Source of the DNA: the human T2T-CHM13v2.0 reference genome, Homo sapiens
Direction: 5' to 3' (one strand)
DNA length: 64,000 nt
Assembly: GCF_009914755.1 (NCBI RefSeq)
Contig: NC_060930.1
The first letter of the stretch is position 1; every line of letters starts with the position of its first letter. The notes beneath the pieces are model-generated. The model worked only from the letters and a program-made list of their open reading frames with translations. It ran no database searches and was not told the DNA's origin. Below, piece by piece: positions 14,001 to 32,337 of this stretch. A program made the position numbers and the translations under genes.

Positions 14001-15784
14001 CACCAATTCTCCATAATTTAAAGAATCACCTTAGGAATAGCAATAAATTAGAAAAATGAAAAGCAATGAAGAAAGATTTGTTAATACTTTAACCTTTAAT
14101 CATTTTAGCTTGAATAAATTTAAATAAATTTTGACTGACGCCCCTTATTTGTCTACAAACTCTACATTTAAAACAGATATTTATCTTGTTTGATATTAAT
14201 ATGCACATAAATGTACTAGAGAAAATGACACATTAACTGTAATTTCATAGGTTAACTATCTTGAATAATTTTGGAAGTATAGATTATTTTGGGGTTTCTC
14301 TTGGATGTCTAATTCCTTTTTGCATGTTTTAGGAGGAAAAGAGAGATTACCCTGCTTTCTTGTTGTGTTATGACTAATAGTTAAATCTAAATTTGAACTT
14401 CCATGATTAATCAAAATTAGAATTCATAATATCAAGTTAATTTCATATTAATAAACAAGAAAAAATTCACTATTAATCTACATAAACCCTTAGTAATTCC
14501 ATAGCAATTTAGATTTAGAAGTCTAAGTTTCATATATGGTTTAGAACAGTAGTTATGAAAATTTTTGTCTTGGCTCTGGGTCACATTTTCGTTTTCATTT
14601 ATATGTATTTAAAGTTCTGATTATATACTGGACATTATAAATTATGTATTTTTTAAACTCTGGATTTTGTTATATTCCTTTGGAGGAATTTGAGTTTATT
14701 TCTAGCAGGCTGCCAATCACTAGATTTCCTGGAGCTTCTAGGAACTTGGTTCAGGGCTTCATTAGGTAGTATTTAGATTGGCCTGTTCTTTTCCTGTTGT
14801 TTTTTTTTTTCCTGTCCAAATTTGCATTTGATAGTAAGTTTATGTTGGCTTTGACAAATGAGGAGTATTTCCTCTCCTGTTCACTGAAATATGTGTAAAA
14901 GATTGAAAGTCTGGTAGAACTATCTCTGCATCTGGGCCTTGTGATTGCTTGTGAAATATTTTTTGTCTAATTCTGATTCTTCTTATTTATGGAAATGTTA
15001 GAGGGACAGTCAATGTTTTGTTAAAACATATATCTTTATTATTATCATCACATCACATTATCATTTCCTTCAACTTTTTCAGTTTGTTATAGAATTTTGC
15101 CATGTTTTAAATCTGTTTATATGTAATTATGACCCCCTTCTATTCTTAATGTTGTTTATTTATATCTTTTTTATTCTTTATTAATTTCACCAGAAGATTT
15201 TCTACTTTAGTACATACAATGGGAATTCTGGAATAGAATAGTGTGCAATGAATGAGTTACAGTCCTATGTGATAAGATACAGATCCACGCTTAACTTGGA
15301 GACTGGGAGGGCCAGCAGTGCCAAGCTATTTGCCTTTAGGCCTTGAGCAGCATTTTCACTTAACCTCTGTATGCTGTACACTTATGCAGTTTTTCAGTTT
15401 GCTTTTCAAGAAGCAAAAATATTCAGGAAGCACTAGTTTAATTTCATTAATTTTTTCAAATAATAAAATTTTGAATTTGTCGATAGCAAAATAAGATATG
15501 CAAATATCACATAAACACAAAATAATACGCAGCTGTTTATTCTTCAATTAAAAGAAATAAAAATATATGCCAATACAAACTTTTTAGAATGGCTACTTTT
15601 CTTTAAAAAAAAAAGGACAATATTAAATATGGATGAAGAGGTAGAACACTTTGACTTTTTATAAAATAATGGTGGGTTGTTTACAATTTTACAACCATTT
15701 ATTAAACACTTTGGCATTTTTGAAAATAATATGAAACTTAACTTATCCTGTATCTTACTGTGTTGCACAAAGGAAATGAAACAG

Positions 15785-16167
15785 ATGTCCAAAAACAAAT
15801 ACTTGTATGGAATATTCTTGGCTGCTTAATTTATAGTAATCAAAAACTGGAAAAAAAAACCCCTTCCTGAACTGAATATACAAACAAATTGTGATATAGC
15901 ATACAAGAAAATGACTAAAAATAAAAAATTATACATTTTTAAAACATAAATGGATCTCAAAAATATTATGTTTAGTAAAATAACTCAGAAACAAAGTGTA
16001 TATATTACACGATGCTATTTATATGAAAGATGAGAACAGGCTATGATAAGGGAAACCAGAACAGTGGTTGCATCTAGTGCTTATGCAGAGTTTGACAGGA
16101 TAGATCACAAGAGATATGTCTAGAGTAATGAAAATGTTGAATGAGATAATGGTCGCACAGATGTATA
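15785..16167 (+). mobile_element. Old L1M (L1ME/MD) 3' end fragment
   Basis: Decayed 3'UTR phrases (aaatggatctcaaaaatattatgtttagtaaa; gaacagtggttgc). Confidence 0.55.
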
Positions 16168-16391
16168 CAGGTAGTCCTCACTTAGTATGGTAGTGAGGGA
16201 CCATTCAAGCTGAAACCTTGAAAAGCATTGTTAATAATCCATTGGAAATGTATTATTATTTTGTGACTTGTGAAACTTTTCATTAAAACATTAGAAACTC
16301 TTACTTTCTGTTATAAATGTGCAGAAAAACAGAAATAAAACTAGTATTTATTTAGAACACTAAAACATTAGAAACATTGAGAATTAAAGTG

Positions 16392-16747
16392 TTTTTTTTA
16401 TTTCATTTTAAGTTCAGGGATACATGTGCAGGCTTGTTACATAGGTAAACTTGTGTCATGGGGGGAGATGTACAGATTATTTCAACATCCAGGTATTAAA
16501 CCTCATATTCACTGGTTATTTTTCCTGATCCTCTCCCTCTTCCACCCCACCCCCTCCGATAGGCCCCAGTGTGAGTTATTCCCCTCTGTGTGTCCATGTG
16601 TTCCTCATTTAGCTCCCACTTATAAGTGAGAACATGGGGTATTTAGTTTTCTGTTCCTGTGTTAGTTTGCTAAGGATAATGGCCTCCAGCTCCATCCAGG
16701 TCCCTGCAAAGGATCTCATTCTTTTTATGGCTGCATAGTATTTCATG
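16392..16747 (-). mobile_element. 5'-truncated older L1PA (about PA11-15) 3' end
   Basis: Poly(T) then antisense L1PA 3'UTR (ttcagggatacatgtgcaggcttgttacataggtaaac...ctcccacttataagtgagaacatg). Confidence 0.85.
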
Positions 16748-17165
16748 ATTATTAAGAGTAGTTTGAATGGTGCTTACATTCTTTTATTCATGAAACTTAC
16801 AGGGTGAGCATTTTCTATGTGTGGATGAGAATTATACTTCTTCATAAGTTTGGAATCATTTTGAAAATTTAATCTTTGTGCTTTTATATTTTGAAAAGTT
16901 CTTTAGTATAAAGTTTTCCTAGCATCACTTCCTCTGGGATATCTGCAACCTTTCATTACAACCACTTCCTTAATTTACTTTAATAAGTTCACCTTTACTA
17001 AGATAAGTCTTCATAGCTAGATAAGGCTTAATTGAATGGTGGCACAGCATTCCCACAGTCATTATTTATTCTGTAATTCCATCTACATTCTATTCAAATT
17101 TCACTTCTAGTATTTTCAGTTGTAATATTTGCTGCAGTTCCCTCTTGGTTGGACAATTTGATACT

Positions 17166-17467
17166 TTATTTTATTTATTTATTTATTTGGAGATGGAGTC
17201 TCACTCTGTTGCCCACCCTGGAGTGTAGAGGTGCAATCTCGACTTACTGCAACCTCTGACACCTGAGTTCAAGCAATTCTCATGTCTCAGCCTCCCAGGT
17301 AGCTGGGACTACATGGGTCTGCCACCACGCCTGGCTAATTTTTGTATTTTTAGTAGAGACGGGGTTTCGCCATGTTGGCCAGGCTGGTTTTGAACTCCTG
17401 ACAGGTGATCTGCCATTTTGGTCTCTCAAAGTGCTGGGATTACAGGCGTGAGCCACCGCTTCTGGCC
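17166..17467 (-). mobile_element. AluS
   Basis: Full dimer with (TTTA)n tail; TSD TGATA(C/T)TTTATTTTATTT. Confidence 0.92.
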
Positions 17468-17817
17468 TGATATTTTATTTTATTTTTCTGTATTGTAAAA
17501 TGTCACATGAGTCACCACTGGGAGAAAAGAAGGCAATACAACTACGTGCTTTCCTACCTGTTGACAAATTGAATAACAGACTGCAGTAACCAGTCGCCAA
17601 CAGACACTGAAATAAGTCATGTGATTGGAAGCTGATCATACTGCTCATCTGTGATTTGTGGACTGAAGAAATAGTGATGTTAGTGCTTTTGGCAATTATT
17701 TGCAGATAATATACTATGGTAACTTAAATTTGATTCACGTTGTCAGCAGCCTGGTATCTGAAATTGTTTCACATGGAAAACATGCAAAGTTGAGGGCAGC
17801 CTATATTTGTTAATACT

Positions 17818-18036
17818 ATTTTATTTTATTTATTTTGAGACAGGGTCTCACTCTGTCACTCAGGCTGGAGTGTGGTGGCACGATGATGGCTCACTGCAGC
17901 CTTGACCTTCTCAGGCTCAGGTGATTCTCCCACCTCAGCCTTCTGAGTAGCTGAGACTATAGGTGCTATTTTTAGAAATATTTTTTCCAGAGATGGGGTT
18001 TTGCCATATTGCCCAGACTGGCCACTATGACTGGCC
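17818..18036 (-). mobile_element. AluJ with two internal deletions
   Basis: AluJ diagnostics (GAGACAGGGTCTCAC, GCAGCCTTGACC); perfect TSD TTTGTTAATACT at 17806-17817 and 18037-18048. Confidence 0.88.
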
Positions 18037-18477
18037 TTTGTTAATACTTTCAAAACATTAAGGTATGCAAGTACTTATAACCTTTGTATAAATCAGTTTT
18101 TACCAATTACATTTCAGAAACAAATAAATATCTTTATGTATTCTCAGAAACGTCTTTTATTCCTTTGACTTTTATACATGCATCTTTAGAGTATATATAA
18201 CATATAGGACAGGGCTGAATATGATGTTTCAAAGAAATTATACAATTCTGATTCATTCACAAAATTATCACTCTTAGAAACATTTTTATGACTTGTTCAT
18301 TACACAGTCTGTAACATGGAATACAGAATTGTAAACACAATGTTTCATAGAAATAATATCTTGAGTTTTTCATGAAAGTAGAACTTAAAGAATCATCTCT
18401 TATACATGTGATTTACACAATGTAATACATGGAACACAAAGTAATGAACACAATGTTCTACAGAAATAATAATACTT

Positions 18478-19558
18478 TTTTCTTGTATAACTGAAACTTT
18501 ATACCCATTGAACAGTAGTTCCTCTTTAACCCTGAAAATCATCATTCTACTCTGTCTCCATGAGTTTGACTATTTTGAATAACTTACGTAAGTAGAAACA
18601 TGCAGAAGCTTTGTTGTGCAGAAGATTTTTATTTTGATATAGCCTCACTTGCTATTTTTGCTTTTGTTTCCTGTGCTTTTGGTATCATATCAAAAAAAAA
18701 AAATCTCTATCCAGATCAAAATCACAAAGGTTTTCACCTATTTTTTCTAGAAATGTTATAGATTCAGATCTTACATTTAAATATTTAATTCGATTTAAGT
18801 TGATTTTTGTATGGTGTAAGAAAATGATACAATTTTAGTATTTTGTGTATTATTTTGTGCATGAATATCCAGTTTCCCCAATACCATTTGTTGAAGAGAC
18901 TATTCTTTTTCCATTGTGAATTCTTGGCATGCCTGCCAGAGATCTGATGACCAATATGGGTGGGTTTATTTCTGGAATCCCTAGTCTGTTCCATTGGTCT
19001 ATGTCTGTTTTGGGGCTAGTAAAACAGCTAAAAGTGGTAAACAGAGTATTATATTATTTTAATCCTATAACTTTGTAATATATTCTGAAATCAGAAAGTG
19101 TGAGGTCTCTAGCTGTGTTGTTCTTTCCCAAAATTGCTTTGACTATTCAGGGTCTTTTGTGGTTTCATATGAATTTTAGGATTTTTTTCCCCATTTCTAT
19201 AAAAAAATACCATTTAGATTTTGATAGGGATTGCAATATATCTGTAGATTGCTTTGGGTAGTATGGACATTTTAAGAAATTAATTTTTCCAATCTATGGA
19301 CATGAAGGGCTTTCCATTTGTTTTTCTCTTTTTAATTACTTTCATAGATGTTATATAGTTTTTTATGTACAAGTTACTTACCTCCTTGATTGTTTATACC
19401 TAAATAGTTTATCTTTTTTGATGTCATTGTAAATAAAATTGTTTCTTAATTTCCTATTCAGATAACTCACTATTATTGTAAAGGAATACAACTGGTTTTT
19501 GCATGTTCATTTTGTATCCTGTAATTTTACTGAATTCATTAGTTCTAAAAGAATTTTG
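18478..19558 (-). mobile_element. L1MA-type element, 3'UTR plus ORF2 part (continues at 25012)
   Basis: Antisense L1MA 3'UTR (aactgaaactttatacccattgaac); ORF 18785-18994 NSLFNKWYWGNW. Confidence 0.8.
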
Positions 19559-25011
<5,453 letters not shown>

Positions 25012-25592
25012 AAAAGATTTTTGTGGAGTCTTTAGGGTTTTTTAGACATAAGATCATACAGTTTGAAAACAAAGATAATTTTACTTCTTTTTTCCCAGTT
25101 TGCATGCATCCCATCTCTTTTTCTTGCCTAATTGATTTGGCTACAATTTCCAGTACTATGTTGAACAGAAATCACAAGTGTTGACATCCTTACTTTGTCC
25201 TGGATCTTAGAGCGAATGTTTTCAATTCTTCACTGTTAACTATGATCTCTGCCAGTTTCACGAGCACTCTGTCTGTGCCTGCCCCTTGGGCAGCACGCTG
25301 AAAGTTTGGGACACTGGAAGCATACTCTACTTCCTTTTTCTCAGGAGGGAGAAATCATAAGCCAAGGTGATTTTGATCAGCATGTTGAGTTGTGCTGCCT
25401 TGGGGATGGTTGCTGTGGATAAAATAAAATTGCTTTTCTTACTAATGTGTTTTGTTTCAGTTTTGTGCTCATCTGAAGTACTGCAACTTCTTACTTGGAT
25501 TCTAAACCTTCCATAAAGTTATTAGCTCGTGATATTTATATGAGATATTGAGGCTTGGGACTTCCCATTCTACTATCTTGCTGAAGTTACTC
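25012..25592 (-). mobile_element. Continuation of the host L1MA (ORF2 part) and an L1M 5'-end fragment
   Basis: ttgtggagtctttagggtttt resumes the sequence interrupted at 19558; YY1-like ctatcttgctg near 25580. Confidence 0.65.
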
Positions 25593-25689
25593 TTCTAAAT
25601 ATTTTTAAAGAAAGAAACAAAAGTATAATTTCTAGTAGAAAATACAATATAAAAACAAGAAATTGTTTCAATTGTTTAAAATAATTAAT

Positions 25690-27290
25690 TTAATTAATTG
25701 TCTTAGTGAGTTTAGAAATGTGGCTGAATAAAAATTATGAGGTAAAAATTAATTGGAATTCTACACACCACTAATAAACAGAAAATGTAATTATAAATGG
25801 CAGTCCATTTCCAATAACAATTAAAATATAATCTATGAATACATCTTTTAAGAGTATATATAATTCATAAATTCTATAATGAACTTTTTAAAAGAAATTG
25901 AAATCCACCTAAATACCATATTCATAAAAAGACACCATATCCTAGAAAAAAGACATATTTGCAGATTGATCTCTATATTCAAAGCAATTTTGATAAATTT
26001 TAATCAATATCCTAAAAACATTTTTCACAGAATTAGTAAGCTGATTCCAAAATTAAAATGCATAATCCAAGCCCAATAATATTAAGAGGTGAAAACTGAG
26101 GAAACACTTCACACTCTATTTTGATACTATGTGTATAAGATATATTTATTTAAGTCAGGCCTGGTGGCTCATGCCTGTAATACCAGCACTTGGGGACGCC
26201 AAGGCAGGCGGATCACTTGACATCAGGAGTTTGAGACCAGTCCGGCCAAAATGGTGAAACCCCATCTCTACAAAAATACAAAAATTAGCCAAACATGATG
26301 GCACATGCCTGTAGTCCCATCTATTAGGAGGCTGAGGCACGAGAATTGCTTGAAATGGGGAGGTGGAGGTTGCAGTGAGCTGAGATCATGGCACTGCACT
26401 CCAGCCTGGGTGACAGAGTGAGACTCTGTCTCAAAAAAAGATATATTTATTTAAAAAGTGTGGTAGAAGAGACAAATTAATCAATGGAATGGGATAGAAA
26501 CCACAGACACAGTCATGTTTATGTGAACACATTACCTATATTAGGTTTGTCATAGCATACCAATGCAGTATGGTATGGAACTACTTGTTAAATAGTGCTA
26601 AGACAATTGATTACATACTAATTAAATTAATAGATACTTATATCCTATGTAAAAAAGACTCCATTACAAACAGATTTAAATATAAAAAGCAAATTTAAAT
26701 CTAATAAGACAGTATAGTAAAATGTATATAAGACTCTTGAGTAGCGAGATCCTTAAAGTACAAATATTTTAATCATGAGCTTAAAAAGGATATTTTGGTT
26801 ATAATAAAATTAAGAATTTCTGTTTATCAACAGAAAATAAAAAAACAAGCACAAACTGGCAGAAGGTACTTGCTACATATAACAACATCACAGACTACTA
26901 ATATCAGAAACATAAAGCCCTTACAAATCAATAAGAAATACAAATCTTCAACATTAAAACATCGGCAAAGGAGTTGCACAGGCATTTCCACAATCAACTA
27001 CTTATGGCTTTTAAATAATAGAAAGATGTTTAATCTTGAATATTAAGAGAAATAGAAAGTACAATAACAATGAAATGTCTTTTACCATTATTACATGTCC
27101 AAAAATTAAGAATTCTGAGAACACCAAGTATGGACAGGACGTGTATAAATGCAACGTGTTTGTGGGATACTACAAACTACAAAGGAGTACAACCACTTTG
27201 GGAAACAATTTTGAATTATCATATAAAATATATTCTTCTTTCAGCCTACAAAACCAGCAGTTCTACACTAAGCTATATATCCTAGCAGAG
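25690..27290 (+). mobile_element. Old L1ME-type ORF2 remnant
   Basis: A-rich decayed L1 ORF2 phrases (ctgattccaaaattaaaatg; caatggaatgggatagaaacc; accactttgggaaacaattttg). Confidence 0.6.
26154..26437 (+). mobile_element. AluS (Sx/Sz-like)
   Basis: Full dimer; TSD AAGATATATTTATTTAA at 26137-26153 and 26438-26454. Confidence 0.93.
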
Positions 27291-27744
27291 ATTCCCAACT
27301 AGCCTCCAGAGGCTCACAGCTGTGCAGAAGCTAGTTTAAAGATGTGCTAGGAAAATTATTAACTTAGCACTAAGGGTAGCTCAGCCTTGTCCCTTTACCT
27401 CAGAGTATTTCACATGGTCTGTATACTGTAAGATGGTTAAAATTAGCATTGATGAGAAGAGCAAAAACATAGAAGTGGCTTAAAATGGAAAACACATGAA
27501 TAAATTGCAGTATATTTAAACAATAGCATGATCTGTAACAGAGAAATAAATAAACCACAATATAAGCAACAATATATGGTCATATAAATAGTCCATTGAT
27601 GAGGAAAAGAACTCTGAGTACTAAATATAAGCAAGCTAAAGTTAGAGAGTATATACTTATATGTGTGGGTTTGCCTATGTATTCATTTGTATATATATAA
27701 AACCATGTTTCTAATGAACAGAATAATTATATACTATAATTATA

Positions 27745-29727
27745 GGATTTGTTTGTCTGAAAAAGTCGTTATGTCTCCATTTCTGAATGACAGCTTTGCT
27801 GGAGAAAGCATTTTTTTTTTTGGTTGGCAGGCTTTTTTCTTTTTTTAGAACTTTTAAAATATCATCTCACTCCTGTCCTGTATGGTTTTGCTGAGAAATC
27901 TTCCGCTTACCTACTGAAACTCCCTTGTATGTGATATGTTTCTTTTCCCCTGCTGCTTTCAGGATCTGCCCTTTGTCTCTGATGTTTACAATTGGATTAT
28001 AATTTGTCATGGTGTAGTCTTTTTTGGATTGAATTTGATTGAAAACTTTTGACCTTCTGTTCCTGGGTATTTCATCTTTCCCCAGATTTGAAAAGTTTTC
28101 AGCCCATTATCTCTTAAAAAAGCACTCTATATTTTTGTCTCTCTTTTCTTCATTTAGCTCCTAGAATTTGAATATTTGCTGCCTTTATACTCTCCCATAA
28201 ATCCTGTAGGCTTCCTTTATTTTTTTTTTCTTTTCTCATCTCTATATATTTTCAAAGAACCTGTCTTTGAGTTTACAGATTCTTTCTTCTGCTTGATCAG
28301 TTCTGTTATTGATACTCTTTTCTGCATTTTTATTTCACTTACTGTAGTCTTTGCTTCAGAATTTCTGGATTTCTTTTATGATTTCAATCACTCTGATAAA
28401 CTCTTCATTTTATTTATTGTTTTCTTGAATTTGTTTCTCTGTATTTTCTTGAAATATGCCAAGCTTCCTTAAAAGAAATATTTTGAATTATTTGTCTGGC
28501 AGTTCATAGTTCTACATTTCTTTGGCATAAGCTACTGATAATTATCATAGCATTTTGGTGGTAATATGTCTTCTTGGTTTTTCATGTTTCTTGTTGTCTT
28601 ATAATAGCTATCGGTGCATTTGGTGAAATACTCAGCTATTCCAGACTTTTCAGGATAGTTTCAGTGGGGAACTACTTTCCCCTATAGGGTAGTGTGAGGG
28701 CACTGACTAGATGTGGTACAGTGGTTCTGGCACCATCAGGAGCACAACTGTGTAGTCCCTGTGCAGCTCTGCCAACTGAGGTTGACGTTGGACCTCTTGA
28801 AGCCCAAATGTAGCATGTGGGTTAGCTCTCAGTGGTGGCTGAGTTGGTGTCTTGAGTACGGACATGGAAAGAGAGACCTTGGTTCCACAGCCCAGGGTAA
28901 AAACTAACCTGCTATAGTGATTGCTCTGGTGTCTGAGGCATGGCTGAGTGCAGTGAATCCACAGTTTTGGGGTCCAGAGTATGGGCACTTGCAGAGTGGA
29001 TGCAGCTCAAGGGCCAGGGTCATGTGCAAGGTTGGGAGAAGTGGTATCTCTGATCCCTGAATGTACAATAGCAGCTGCTTCTGGAGCGGAAGAAGTGTGC
29101 ACCCAAGTTTTCCTCTCAGGGATTCCATGGCAAAAAAATGGCTGTTGTTGCCTCAGTGTCAAAAGAAGTCAGAGTCCTCTGTGAAGCAGGTCACTCAGGA
29201 CCTCAAGGTCTTCCAGCACATGGCTGAAATTGATAGTATCTGACTTTCTCCTTTGTTTTGAGCCATCCCCCAGAGATTCAGGTATGCTTATCTCACCAGT
29301 GGTCATTTCTATCTGGATTTTCTATATATATTATATATATATATATTATATATATATATAATATATATATATAAAAATATATAAATATAAAAATATATAT
29401 TTATATATAAATTTTATATAACTATATAATACATATAATTATATATTATAATATATAAATAAATATATTTTATTTATACAAATGTTTATAAAATATATTT
29501 ATAAATATATACAAAATATATATAATATAATATAAAAATATATTATATAATATAAATATAAAAATATATATATATGTATTTTTTGCTTCATTGTGCTGGT
29601 ACTGATTCTTAAATGGGCTCTTCAGCATTCCCAAGGCAATTCTTATTTATGTATAGCTGTCTACATTTTTTATGTGGTAGAGGGAGGGAGGTGTGGTATC
29701 TCCTACTTTGCCATTTTGGTGACATCT
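27745..29727 (-). mobile_element. Old L1M ORF1 plus 5'UTR
   Basis: Antisense ORF1 phrases (gaatgacagctttgctgg; ctgagaaatcttccgc), GC-richer 5'UTR, YY1-like GCCATTTTGG at the 5' terminus ~29711-29720. Confidence 0.7.
29323..29577. repeat. AT-rich degenerate (TA)n low-complexity tract
   Basis: About 250 bp almost entirely A/T. Confidence 0.95.
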
Positions 29728-30871
29728 GATGGAGAAGATTATTAGGTACAGAGAAACTGAAGAAGGAACAGGGATAATGGAGATAATATAGAAACAAAAT
29801 TGTCCAAAAGATAAAAGAGAATGGTACTCAGAGCACAAGTATATAGGCTTGTCTTTGAAAGGGACAGGAAAATCTACTCATAAACAGAAAAGAATAAGGG
29901 CTAAAGATACAAATGGTTCTGGATTGACTGGTTTGGTGGCCAAAAGATAAGAGAATTCAAAATTTTCAGATGAGTGTTGAGGGAGACACAGAATGTGAAG
30001 GAGTTTAGAATTTAAAAAATAAGTATGAGATAAGCAAAAGAGAAAATCAAGCTTCTTACTTATGAACCTTAAGTATTTATGGCTAGAAAATTTACGTTAA
30101 CTAAAGGTCCCAGTTAAATTCAATCTGAGCGAAACAACCGAAAATACAACTGGAACTAATGAAAGTATTTGAAATTCCCTGCTTTCAGAGGCCTTTTCCA
30201 CAAATCACCAATAATTATATGCCACCACTCTAACTTTATTTTAATCACAGTATATAGTTAAATACAGTTAATTGTAAGAAAATTTTGCCAGTGGAAATAT
30301 TTAAAATTTCTCTGTCTAAACTGTAATTTCCCTTTGTCATTTTAAAATGAAGCCATTATATATTTTTCAATGATAAAAGAAAATAAAAATGTTAATAATT
30401 TTTATATTTTAGAACTTCAGTCCTTGAATTAAGTTCCAAAAGGAAATTAAAATCTCAAAAAGTATTATTTGCCAAGTTTTCCTTTGTAACTACTATTACC
30501 CAGAAGGAGCAGAATAGATGAAAATTACAATAGTAACTAGAGAGGAAAAAGAATTTTCACTGGATGGATGAGATATTTTACAATTTCTGCAGTTGAATAA
30601 ATATTCTTCCTCAAAGTTACCAAGGAGCGGAAAATATTTGTGTCAAGATATTTCTACTGGATGCAGAAGCACACAAATGTGGTTTTGTTTTGAATTGTCT
30701 TTGGTGCTAGATTTTCAAGCCATACAAAAATTAATGTCTTTATAGATTTTAGACTTTATGAAGCATCTTCTACATGTTAAAAGCCAAAATATATGTTCTC
30801 CAGTGCAACTTCTAGCTCCTAGAATGCATATTATATAAGACTCTTTCCCCTATTAAAAAAACTGAGTCCTG

Positions 30872-31184
<313 letters not shown>

Positions 31185-32047
31185 CTACCCAGATTTCTTT
31201 AGCCCAGCAAATACGTTATGCATCCTAAAGTGTTCTGCCTTATGATTACACCTTACTCCAACTTTGCCTTACAAACGGAAGTATCCCAGGGCATTATATT
31301 ATCTTGCTGGATTACCCTGCCTCTGATTTCTATGTCCCTCAATGCTCTGATTCATCACACAGGCCTCCTAGCACATGTGCAAGCCTGGTGCAGCCAACCA
31401 CAATGTAGTCACATCTTGATATCAAATAACTGTGACTTTACTCAAATATATTAATTACTTATTCACTAGATTATATTCAGTGTTAGTTCAAAACTAATGG
31501 TCTATCTTCTAAACAAATTTGACATTATTGAGAATAGCAGGATTTCAAAGAGCTTCAGCTTCTATAAATAGGCCAAAAGTAACATAATATTTTGATCATT
31601 CTAAAAAAAATTCCTGCTTTATAGAGCCCAATGCTGATATTCATGTTTGGGTTTATATATTAATCTCATTACATAACAGTCAAAACCTATCAGTGTGCCA
31701 TTATCTATATTAAAATATAGGTGAATTCTATACTAAAGTGATAATGATTTTTTCCCACTATGTTCTAATTTCGGAATTTTTGGTTGCTTCTTTGCTCTGG
31801 AAGTATATCCTATAATTCTCTCTCCTCCCATTGCTGTACTATGCCCCATAGTATATAACATACTGCTAGTAACAGTGTAAGCATTTTTTAAAGTAGCTAT
31901 TTGATTTTAATATTAATATTTAAATTATTAAAACCAGTACATTGCCTAGCATATAATATGTGCCTAATAAATGTTATTTTGAAAAAGAATCAAATGAATA
32001 AGTCCTCAAATATGTTACAAAACTCCTATTTTTGTCTTCAAAAAAAA

Positions 32048-32337
32048 TTTTTTTTGAGACAGGGTCTTTCTCTGTCACCCAGGCTACAGTGCAGTGGCAC
32101 AATCTTGGCTCACTGCAACCTCCGCTATCTGGCTCAAGCGATCCTCTCACCTCAGCTTCTTGAGTAGCTGGGACCGCAGGTGCATGCCACCATGCTAGGC
32201 TAATTTTCTGTATTTTTTGTAAAGACAGGGTTACACCATGTTACCCAGACTGGTCTCAAACTTCTGGTCTCAAGTGATCCTTCCACCGTGACCTCCCAAA
32301 GTGCTGGGATTACAAGTGTGAACCACCGCACCCAGCC
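32048..32337 (-). mobile_element. AluJ
   Basis: GAGACAGGGTC, GCTCAAGCGATCCTC; TSD TCTTCAAAA. Confidence 0.9.

Larger units (their letters stand above)
16168..17803. mobile_element. Old non-autonomous Tigger-type DNA transposon carrying nested L1PA and Alu
   Basis: Imperfect TIRs TA|CAGGTAGTCCTCACTTAGTATG and CATGCAAAGTTGAGGGCAGCCTA|TA, flanked by TA. Confidence 0.6.
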
